Origin: a virus
Lineage: Duplodnaviria; Caudoviricetes
Virus record (IMG/VR): IMGVR_UViG_3300042894_001153
Coordinates: 1-60,806 of that record
Direction: 5' to 3' (one strand)
Length of the DNA stretch: 60,806 nt
Shown here piece after piece: positions 25,619 to 35,400 of this stretch. The notes under the pieces were generated by a model. The model saw only the letters and a list, made by a program, of their open reading frames with translations. It did not search any database and was not told the origin of the DNA. Position 1 is the stretch's first letter. Each line of letters starts with the position of its first letter. A program made the translations under genes and the position numbers.

Positions 25619-27072
25619 AAGATGTTATAGCACATAGATTCGGTTATACAAACAAGATGATGTACGAGCATTGTCTTGTTCTGTATAACGTACTAAACCA
25701 ATCAATGGAGATTAAGGAAGGTAGAGGCAAGGCAGTTATAACAAAGAGAAAGTTTAAGTACAATAATTCAGATGATGATAGAGAGTTAGTGGAGAACAGT
25801 TTAAGACATTATAAATACAAAATGGAAAACGAAAAAGTAGAGTTCAGAGGCTATCAAAAAGATATCATAGCTAAAGGAATTGAAAAGCTAAAGCAGTACG
25901 GCTTTCTGTACTTGGCTATGGAGGTAAGAACGGGTAAGACACTTACGAGTCTTGGCATTGCAGATGGTATGGGTTGCAGAAATGTTTTGTTCATAACAAA
26001 GAAAAAAGCAATCAGCAGCATCGAGTCTGACTACGATATGCTAAACCCTGCATTTAAAATAGTTGTAATAAACTATGAGTCACTGCATACAATAAAAGCC
26101 TTTGACTTTGATATGATAGTTTGCGATGAAGCCCATAGTATGGGAGCTTTCCCAAAGCCAAGCGAGAGAGCCAAGTTGGTGAAGGAGTTTATTGCTAAGA
26201 ATAAAAACCCTTATGTAATTCTCTTGTCGGGTACGCCAACACCTGAGTCCTACAGTCAGATGTACCATCAGGTCTATGGCATTAAGGGAAACCCATTCAG
26301 TCAGCACAAGAACTTCTATAGATTCTGTGACGAGTACGTTTCCATTAAAGAGCGAATGATTAATAGCTTACTGATTAAGGACTACTCAGGTGGTTCTCAG
26401 AAGATACTGAACGTGATGATGCCGTACACCATAAACTACACTCAGAAGGAGGCAGGCTTTAAGGTTGAGACAAGAGAGCATATCATCAAGGTTAAGATGT
26501 CTGATATGACCTATAGCTTGACCTCTAAACTTAAAAGAGACCTTGTAATCCAGGGAAAGGATGATGTAATACTTGCAGACACACCCGTTAAGCTTATGAT
26601 GAAACTGCATCAGCTGTACTCAGGGACTATAAAGTTTGAGTCAGGCAAGTCAATGATAATGGATTTATCAAAGGCAAAGGCCATATACGATAACTTCTGC
26701 GTGGCTAAGATTGGTATATTCTACAAGTTCAAGGAGGAGCTAAATGCATTGATGCAGGTCTATGGCCCTGAAAATCTAACCACTGACCTTGGTGTCTTTG
26801 AAGACACAGATAAGTCAATCGCTCTTCAGATTGTATCGGGTAGAGAAGGTATCTCGCTCAAGAAGGCTGAGGCGTTGGTGTACTACAACATAGACTTTAG
26901 TGCCACGTCCTATTGGCAGTCCAAGGATAGGATGACCACTAAGGATAGACTTGAGAACGATGTGTATTGGATATTTGCTGAGAATGGTATAGAGGAGAGC
27001 ATATACAAGGCTGTCTCGGATAAAAAAGATTATACCATAAACCATTTCAGAAAAGATTTACTAAATTCGTAG
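25615..27072 (+). CDS. SF2 (SNF2-like) helicase
   Basis: YQ, EVRTGKT, DEAH, SGTP, REGISL, QSKDR. Confidence 0.9.
   Translation: MKDVIAHRFGYTNKMMYEHCLVLYNVLNQSMEIKEGRGKAVITKRKFKYNNSDDDRELVENSLRHYKYKMENEKVEFRGYQKDIIAKGIEKLKQYGFLYLAMEVRTGKTLTSLGIADGMGCRNVLFITKKKAISSIESDYDMLNPAFKIVVINYESLHTIKAFDFDMIVCDEAHSMGAFPKPSERAKLVKEFIAKNKNPYVILLSGTPTPESYSQMYHQVYGIKGNPFSQHKNFYRFCDEYVSIKERMINSLLIKDYSGGSQKILNVMMPYTINYTQKEAGFKVETREHIIKVKMSDMTYSLTSKLKRDLVIQGKDDVILADTPVKLMMKLHQLYSGTIKFESGKSMIMDLSKAKAIYDNFCVAKIGIFYKFKEELNALMQVYGPENLTTDLGVFEDTDKSIALQIVSGREGISLKKAEALVYYNIDFSATSYWQSKDRMTTKDRLENDVYWIFAENGIEESIYKAVSDKKDYTINHFRKDLLNS
26792..26807. repeat. Palindrome copy 11 GTGTCTTTGAAGACAC (inside the helicase)
   Basis: Read directly. 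Confidence 0.95.
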
Positions 27073-27075
27073 TCT

Positions 27076-27363
27076 ATGAAAAGCAAGAGGAATACAAACG
27101 CAGGAAAGCATCCATCGTACGATAAACTTAATATGTCAGCTGAGCGCATCAAGAAGAAGAAGGAGTACGACGCAGAGTACAGTGCCACGCCTGAGCGTAA
27201 GAAGTACAGAGCAGAGCTTAACGCTGAGAATAAGAAACGAGGAACTTACGGCAATGGCGATGGAAAGGATATAAGCCACACCAAGAGTGGCAAGTTAGTG
27301 AGTGAGATTCAATCAAAGAATAGAGCAAGGAACGGACAAAACAAAAAATCAACAAAGAAATGA
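27076..27363 (+). CDS. Basic HNH-like protein
   Basis: GNGDGKDISH...SKNRARN. Confidence 0.55.
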   Translation: MKSKRNTNAGKHPSYDKLNMSAERIKKKKEYDAEYSATPERKKYRAELNAENKKRGTYGNGDGKDISHTKSGKLVSEIQSKNRARNGQNKKSTKK

Positions 27364-27602
27364 CAGAACAACAAATCCAATCAAAAAGAATCAAGGAACT
27401 TGAGGCTGAAGGCTACTACGTTATTAAGCTAATCAAAACCAACAAGAATGGCATTCCTGACCTAATAGCGATACCACCAAACACAAATGTCCTATTCAAT
27501 GAGGTAAAGACTCAAGCAGGAAAGGTGTCTGCCCTACAGCAGTATAGAATTGATGAACTAAACAAATTTGGATTTAACGCGTATGTCTACAGAGGAGAAT
27601 GA
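27360..27602 (+). CDS. VRR-NUC / Holliday-junction resolvase-like nuclease
   Basis: EQQIQ, GIPDL, EVK...G.VS.LQ.YR. Confidence 0.85.
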   Translation: MTEQQIQSKRIKELEAEGYYVIKLIKTNKNGIPDLIAIPPNTNVLFNEVKTQAGKVSALQQYRIDELNKFGFNAYVYRGE

Positions 27603-27939
27603 ATTTTACGTAGACTATTGGTTTGACGTTGAGTTAAGCCGTTTAGATGGGGCTTTGGCTAAAGATATAATGAGACAGCTCGGAAAGATTATGAGGACTC
27701 TCCCTGAGAAGGAAGATGTTTCTCAGGTAATCGGAGGTGTTTCATTAATCGGTGAGCCTGTATACTTTATGGTCGAGTATTTAAACGAGCGCAACTACGA
27801 ACCTGTCTTAGAAAAGCTTTCAATCGTGGACGTAGACACGTATTTAGACCTAATGAACCTATCAAAAACAATCAAAAATGACCCACAAACAATTAAAAGA
27901 AGACGTAGAAATACAACTAAAGTCTATAATAAAGAATAG
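27583..27939 (+). CDS. Hypothetical protein
   Basis: ORF track; likely start MSTEENE. Confidence 0.55.
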   Translation: MSTEENEFYVDYWFDVELSRLDGALAKDIMRQLGKIMRTLPEKEDVSQVIGGVSLIGEPVYFMVEYLNERNYEPVLEKLSIVDVDTYLDLMNLSKTIKNDPQTIKRRRRNTTKVYNKE

Positions 27940-28288
27940 GCTGCGAATAGATATCGACAAATCAACAAGAAAGACAGCTCCTGATGTAGAGGCTAAGATG
28001 ATATACACGAAAATACTAAGGGATGAGAGGTATACGTGGCAGTCAATAGCCAAGAGCATAAGCAGAGACCATTCTACATTAATGTATCAATATAAAACAT
28101 TAAATAATTTGATTAAATTTGACAAGAAATTAGAAAGAGATTACATTCAGGTAAAAGCTGATTTTTCATCAGGGGAGGAATATCTTGAAGGTCAAACCAC
28201 CACCGAATTGAAAAAAATAATTAATACTTTGTCAAGTGATAATAAAATTCTAATTTTGAGAATCAAAGAACTTGAAAATAAAAACTAA
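27878..28288 (+). CDS. Second DnaA C-terminal-like HTH protein
   Basis: STRK...VEAKMIY...TWQSIAKSISRDHSTLMY. Confidence 0.7.
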   Translation: MTHKQLKEDVEIQLKSIIKNRLRIDIDKSTRKTAPDVEAKMIYTKILRDERYTWQSIAKSISRDHSTLMYQYKTLNNLIKFDKKLERDYIQVKADFSSGEEYLEGQTTTELKKIINTLSSDNKILILRIKELENKN

Positions 28289-28293
28289 ATAAT

Positions 28294-28482
28294 ATGTCAA
28301 AACCTTCGGCATTCGATAGGGAGAGATTGGTTCACATTAATCATTTAATGGACACTATCCACGACTCTTCGAATGAGATATACGAGTCCCTTGTTGATGG
28401 AGATATCAAAAAACTTAATGAAGATATAGCAAAGCTGATATTTATATTAAGGGAAATCAATCCATCTGAATTAGGTGATTAG
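28294..28482 (+). CDS. Hypothetical protein
   Basis: 62-aa ORF. Confidence 0.55.
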   Translation: MSKPSAFDRERLVHINHLMDTIHDSSNEIYESLVDGDIKKLNEDIAKLIFILREINPSELGD

Positions 28483-28897
28483 CAATATCCCCGATACGGA
28501 GTACAATTTATACCTATGGCTTAAGTTATATTTTATTCCTGACCTACAGCTATGCACGAATAAAAAGTCAAGATACGACTGCTACTCAGAGAGGTTTAAT
28601 ATAGATATCGAGCTTAAGTGCAGAAGAGTCCACTACGATAAACTTCTTATTGAAAAGTATAAGTACGATGCACTTATTAATCGCTCAAAGAAGGAAGGCA
28701 CTATACCACTTTACATAAACTCAACACCTAATGGTATCTATGCATTTTATCTGCAGTCGATACAGGTAGAGTGGGAGCTTAAGCTAATGCCAAAACAAAC
28801 ATTCTTCAAAGAAAAGCAGAGCATCTTAAAGGTTGTTGGGTATCTTGATATAGAAACATCTGTTGATTTAATTGACTTAAAAAATAAAATGAGTTAG
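28475..28897 (+). CDS. PD-(D/E)XK-type nuclease-like protein
   Basis: YDC...IELKCR..HY..LLIEK.KYD.L. Confidence 0.65.
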   Translation: MISNIPDTEYNLYLWLKLYFIPDLQLCTNKKSRYDCYSERFNIDIELKCRRVHYDKLLIEKYKYDALINRSKKEGTIPLYINSTPNGIYAFYLQSIQVEWELKLMPKQTFFKEKQSILKVVGYLDIETSVDLIDLKNKMS

Positions 28898-28928
28898 CCT
28901 TCTAAATATTATTTCAAAAGGCAAAGAT

Positions 28929-29116
28929 AGTCAGGTGGCGAAATGGTAGACGCAAGTTTGTAGGTTTTATGTTGCGAGTTAAAAACAACCTTAAAAGTGA
29001 AGTTAACCATCACAAGTGCGTATATAGTACCTTATGTGTTCCAAACCTATATATGTTAGTGTGAATTAACACACAAGTTAAATAGCAACTTACAGGTTCG
29101 AATCCTGTCCTGACTG
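28929..29116 (+). ncRNA. tRNA-like RNA with a ~135-nt structured insert replacing the anticodon/variable arms
   Basis: Acceptor AGTCAGG/CCTGACT, Leu-type D-arm GCG-AAATGGTAGA-CGC, T-arm ACAGG-TTCGAAT-CCTGT. Confidence 0.75.
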
Positions 29117-29117
29117 C

Positions 29118-29250
29118 AAACATAGTACAACGAAAAGGACGATGGCTGATTATTGGTCTAAGGGTGTCCAAAACTCTAAGATGCCAACAGAGGTAGAAAA
29201 GACTCCCGATGCAGTATCTGTTAACAATAGTCTGAGTTGTACTATGTTTT
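29118..29250 (+). ncRNA. Structured RNA with nested stems and a possible pseudoknot
   Basis: 14-bp closing stem AAACATAGTACAAC/GTTGTACTATGTTT with three inner helices. Confidence 0.5.
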
Positions 29251-29251
29251 A

Positions 29252-29279
29252 TGTCACAGTTTTTAAAATAATTGTGACA
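29252..29279. terminator. Hairpin where the two transcription arms converge
   Basis: TGTCACAGTT/AATTGTGACA. Confidence 0.5.
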
Positions 29280-29438
29280 CTATCTTGTTCTCTTCGAATC
29301 CCAATATCCCTTTGGGGCTACTCGGTCAGGAAGAGATTCTTGGACTTTATCCCACTTCTCCTCCTGCTCGAATTTCCTCGCCACTTCAGGCTTATTCTCC
29401 ATAAGCCATTTTCTTTGTGCTTTACTCTTAAAAGGCAT
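29280..29438 (-). CDS. Conserved small phage protein (MPFKSKAQRKW family)
   Basis: Hand translation MPFKSKAQRKWLMENKPEVARKFEQEE...; starts 2 nt after the giant ORF stop. Confidence 0.75.
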   Translation of the reverse strand: MPFKSKAQRKWLMENKPEVARKFEQEEKWDKVQESLPDRVAPKGYWDSKRTR

Positions 29439-29440
29439 TG

Positions 29441-32400
29441 TTAAAATGAAGTTTCTCCAAATGTATTTTCAGATTTCTTTTTTCTTTTACTCTTCGGAGT
29501 GTAGTTATACATCTCGTCTTTTAGCTGCTGCTTAATTCTTCTTTTCTCTTTGTCTAAGTCTTTCTTAGCTTTTATTGCATCGTAGTCAGGAGAATTAGGC
29601 CCGTAAGTTCTTTCCCAAAGCTCACGGTCATACCTCTTCATATCGGTTTCACTTTCGTAGCCCTGAAGCATCTCTTCCTTTGCCTTCTTTTTATCCCCTG
29701 CCGTTCTCTCTGCTTTCTCTAAGTCCTTATAGATATTCTGTAGTACAACCTTTCTAATATCTTTATACATTGGAATGAAACCAAGATTACCCAATACCTC
29801 TAATGGTATCCTAACGTACTTTTCATCTTCTTGTCTCTGTCTCGCTTCAGCTGTTTTCTTCTCAGGCTCAGTTGCTTTTCTTACGATTAAGTCTGCAGTC
29901 TTTAAAATAGGGCCATAAGCAGCTGTAAATTTCATCAGAAAGTCTGATATACCTGTCGGTCTTCCTGGTTTTTCAGTAGGCATAATTGTATACTGAATGG
30001 CATCCTTATACGGGTCATAGTCTCCCTCCCTTAAAAAATCTAACTGTTCTTTATTGAACTCCTCAACACCAAAATTAATAATACCCTTTGTAGCGTTACC
30101 AAAATCTCTTCCAAATAATAACGATGTAAATGCAGACGCAAACGCTTGACCTAACTTTTTGTCAATTGATTTGTTCTTAGGTTCAGCTCCATCTAATTCA
30201 TCCTCTTCGTCATCTCCATCAAACATTCCCGTTAGAGACTCTGCCAACATCTGACCGATTAGAGTATATAAAATCATACGAGTCATAACAGCTGCAACAA
30301 CTGCAGCTCCTTGCCTTTGCGACATCTCACCTCTTCCAACCATAGCCATAACACCTGTTCTTGTAGTAGTGTATTCATTAATCAAGAAATTTGACATAAA
30401 GTTATTGAATGCGTTAAATGCTTTTTTGTATATGCTTTGGTTTGGTTTACTTGTCCCTTTAAGCATACCCATAAATGCATTATCGGTAGAACCTGCCATT
30501 ACAGCCCTTTTATCAGCCAACTCTCTTGCTTGCTTTAATGCATCCTGATTCTCATTCATATAAGCCTCATCATTAGCTGCTATTTTAGTAAAGTCAGGAG
30601 ACTTGCCTGTAAGTTCTTTGAATCTATTCTCGAATGCACCAAACCACATTGGCCTCATAATTAATTTGTCGGGAGTAGATATCAATGCATCGGCAGTTAA
30701 CTCAACACCATTAACCCATTTTTGAGCTGTGCTATTCCATAGTTTTGATATAGTATTTGAAAAATTACTTTTTGCTCTACTTCCCTTAGTTCCTTTTGCC
30801 TCATTCAATACACTTGTGTCAACGAATTTACCTGACAGAGAATTAGTTGGGAATATTCTATTGGTCTCAGTACTATTCAAATTATTCATAGCCTGCAACG
30901 CTTCGGGAGATGTGATAAATTTAAACAACTTAGCACCTGCCATAAAACCTTTCGGGTCTACTATAAGTGCGAAACTTGCATTTGATGTTAATTCACCAAC
31001 AAACCTAACGGGACTTGCAAGAATCGCTCTGTATCCTTGCTTCTTAATAAAATTAAATACTTCATCTCCAAACGATGTTTCTGTATATGAGTTCTCTAAT
31101 AAGTTTGATGTAGCCTCATTGAATGCTTCTTTGATTGCATTGAATATAGGTCTGATATTAGAATCCATTCTGTCGTTTTCAGTAAGAGATTTTTCAGTTA
31201 GGTTTAGTGTTCTCCTAGCTGTTCTTATTGGCTCAGTTAAGTGGTAGTCCATCAAAACAAACTTGGCACTTTTTTGAACTGATGAGTAAACATCAAAATT
31301 CAACGCAGATATTTTCCCTGTTCTTTCTACTAATGACTTTGCTTTTGTAGAAGGGTTAAATCTATTTTCTACATTAGCTATAAAAGATGCCGTAGCCATT
31401 ACATCATCTCTGCTTGTGTCAGGTATAACATTTAAGTGGACATAGTTCTCTAATGGCTTAATCTTGTCTCCTCTTATAATTGCTGCTGTATAAACTGCCT
31501 TTGGGCCAAGCTCTAAGTTTATATTTTGAAGAGTATCTATTGACCTTTTCTCAGCATCATTGAACGAGTTATATAGTGCCTCATTGTCAAACACATCACC
31601 GTTAGAGAAATTTTTCAGGATACTTTGAAGCATATCAGCGTCTCCCTTCTTGAAAGAGGTGGTCTCTGTATCTATTCTTTTTATTGTCTCTTTCAAAAAT
31701 CCAATAACATTATTTACTTGTTTGTTATTTGGGTTAGATAAGAACTCCTCTTGAATCATATAAGCCATCTGCTTATACTTAGAGAGTACAAAACTATTAT
31801 GGTCATTACCGAATGAATTAATAACGTCTTGTTCAGCTTTTGAGATTTTATCTTGAACAGTTTTTAACTCGCTTCTAAATTTAGATGATGCTTGAGATGC
31901 CATACCAAGTAAAGAATCGAATATATTTTTTGTCTCATAATTCCCGAAAAGTTGGTCAATGTAAAACAGTGGGTTTCTTCTTACCATCTCCTCGATTGCT
32001 CCCTTCTTGGTTACAATGGATTTTATCCTTGAATATATCGCTGTAATTGGCAATGTCTTAGCTATTTTAATAGAACTCGATAATTGCTTATTGTTATTTT
32101 GAGCATTAATCTGCTCTACAGCTAATTGAGCGTAAGTTGGTAGGTATCCGTTATTGATATTATCCAATACCTTTAAAATATTCTGAAGTTCATTTATAGA
32201 AAGAGACTTCAATCCATCTGTTTTTAATAACCTCTCAAGCCTTCCTGCAAGATTCCTTTCATCTCTACTTGGCAAAGAAGATATTTGCATTACATCAGAG
32301 TTGTTAATTTCTTTTATAAGCTCTTTTTTTATCTCCTCTTTTTCAGCTTCTGTTAATTCTACTGCTGCTTTCTTTGGAAGTATCTTTGACTTATACTTCT

Positions 32401-35400
32401 TCATTAACTCAAGCTCATCCTCAGTAATGTCTTCCTTTATTAGCATCTCTTTTAATGTATCAGCATAATTCAGGCTTCCATCGTCGTTATAGACTTTGTT
32501 CTTTGTTGCGTTAAACCTATCTGCTAATTCCATTGCTGCAGACTCCTCATCTCTTATCGCATTCAATACATCATCTGACATATTAATCATATCAGATAAA
32601 GGTGGCAATGATAAAACTGCTTTCCTTTGGCTAAAAGTATTTACTAACGATATATACTTATCTAACACACTCATTGGTATTAGAGATGGATTGATTGAGA
32701 ATAATTTTTGAAGTTTTGGTGCAAGGATATCAGATATGCCAATCTTAGTACCTACGTTTGCTAAAGCATTTTTCCTTTTTGTATTTGCATTAGCCATCTT
32801 ATTAGCGTAATCAGCATCGTTAAACACCTTAGACATATAGTCAATGAACCTCTCCACGCTCGCAGGGTTGAACATATTAACCTTACTAAACTTAGATAGT
32901 ACATCTGACATCTGAGATGCAGTAATCTTACCTTTCTTTTCTAATTCGCTTACCTCTTCTGCTAATTGCTTGCTCGCATTAGCCCAAGCCTGCTTAGCTG
33001 TCTTAGCACCCTCTTCAAAATCCTTAAGCCTCTTGTATAAAAGCTCCTTCTCAGACATTGTAATGTTTTTGATATCCTTTATGATACCAATTAACCTACC
33101 TGCAGATGGTGCTGACTTCTCTTTCAGACCCATCATCTTACGGGCATCACGCACTAACTTCTCTCTCTGTACATCTGTAGCGTTCTCGTACGCCTTAGAA
33201 CCCATAATGTACTCAATTACATTCTTAGCTATTTGCTCATCTGTTCTGCCTCTTCCCTTTGACTTCTTGATGATACCATCAACCTCAGTCATTAATCTAT
33301 CGTATCCATCAAGCAATGTCTCTGAAATCTCTGTTCTAACCGATGCTTTACCTTTTGCTTTTTCAAGACCACTTACTATATCTTCATTAGATACGCCACC
33401 TCTTCTTAATGTTATTTTTATCGCAGCCTCAGAGATGCCCTGCGCCCTTGCATCCTTTATAAATTTAACTACGTTGCTGTCTTCTGCTAATTGGGCTTTA
33501 GATTTTACTTCAGAACCAAGTTTTCTTATGATACCTGTTTCTGCAGCAATAATTTTAATTTTCTGAGCAGCACTTAATTTGCCTCTTGTTTTTTCTTTGC
33601 CTGTTTTTGCATCAATGAATTTATACCCTTCTTTGTATTTTTCTTTTACAGAGTTAGGCATAATCTCCCAAGAATCCACTTTCTTATCAGGGACTCCTAT
33701 AACTTCACCCCCAATAGCAAATTCATATGTAGAGTGATTTGCCTTTCCTGCTAATCCTGTTGGCTTACCAACGAGCATAATGTCATTCTGAGAAAAATTA
33801 TTCTCTTTATAGAAACCATCCCTTAGTTCATTGTAATCGATAAACGCATTAAACGACTCCAATAGTTCTTTTAATGAACCTTTTAGAGTTGTTTTTAAAT
33901 CTCCAATATTACTTATTGCCAATAAGAATGGCTTTCTGCTTGAACTGTCTGCAAGCTCCTTGAATGAGTTTACTTTATTTAGAGCTTCTTTTAGTGTTTT
34001 TAATTCTACGGTTTCTTTAGGGAAATTATTTATAGCCTCTTTAAATGAATTAAAATCAGATGTTTTATTGATTCTTTCTTCTAATAAATTTATAACTCTT
34101 TTATTAAATAGCTTCGCTTTATCAGGAGAACCACTAATGAAGAATATATAATCTGATTCATTGATGTTATTGGCTAAAGTTTTTTCGGCCAATCCACTTG
34201 CCCATAGAATTTTTTTACTTCTATTTTCAGGGTCTAACGCAAAACTTGGCCCTGCATCTAAGTAATGCTCTCCTTGAATAACTTCATCGTAATAGCTTCC
34301 TCTTCCTAATTGGTCTGCCATCCAAAACCATACTTTTTGTTTTTTTGCAATGATATCATCGATTAATGCTTCGATGTCAATCTTGTCTGCATTTGTAACA
34401 AATGATAATGGTAATGGTTCTTCAGGGAAACTTAGCTTACTATACTTCTGAGCTTTATTTGTAACAACCGTAGGACTTCCAATAGGAACTGATAATCCTT
34501 GCTGTATTGCCTCAATATCTGCAGGATTAACGGCTTCTCCTTTTCTAATTGAAGAAGAGATATTACTAAAGAACTCAATCGCTTGCTTTGTGTCTTTAGT
34601 ATTTTGGAAAGGTTTAAACTTACCATTTGTGACATTGGACACAAATTCGTTAATAATAGATGCTATTTTCTGAATAGTGGATGGAGATAAACTTCCTTCT
34701 TGCTGTTCTAACGCAGCCGTTAGCTCTGCAAGATACTCCTCGTATGAATCAATCTCGGAATATTTATTAGCAAAATCCATTAGTTTCTGATTTGAGCTAT
34801 CAGATAAGACAGATGAAAGCCTATTCCTGAATGTCTTGAAGGTCTCAGGATTTTCGCCAAATGTCTTTAGCATAATACCGTGAGCAACCTCGTGAGCTAC
34901 TGTCCTATTATTTGCTTTATTTAGATTGATGTCAATTCTTCCAACATATGACCCATCCTCATTTTTGCTATATGAGAAATTACCGACTGACTCAGCGTTT
35001 CCATCTATACCACTCATAGCAGCGCCATAGCTATCGTCACTATCGTGTACTATAATATCGAAATTCGGTAAAACTGATTTTAATGTTGTTAGAACTTTTT
35101 GAGCAGAATCTATAATAGATAGTTTTTGCTTATCCCCTATAGTTTCCCTAACTTGGTCTAATGCAGATTTATTTGTTACAGATGTCCCTGTCTGTGTCTT
35201 TGAAGACACAGTTTCTTGTGTACTCTCTTCTGTTTGAACTTGCTCCTGAGTCTCAGTAGGGAATGTCCCTTGCCATATATCTTGCGCTTTCTTATTATCT
35301 TCAGCAAATAGATTAATGGCAGACTGCCTGTCTCCATTAGCCTGCTCTAAGAATGATAGTTGGTCTTCTTCGTCTAATTGGTCAAACTCTTCTTCTGTAG

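Noticed and set aside
28929-29116. Canonical tRNA-Leu, tmRNA or group I intron-containing tRNA
   Set aside because: No proper anticodon stem, no Ala identity pair, and the insert is too short with no visible group I core
29142-29444. 100-aa plus-strand ORF
   Set aside because: Overlaps a structured RNA, a terminator-like hairpin and a recognisable minus-strand gene (29280-29438)
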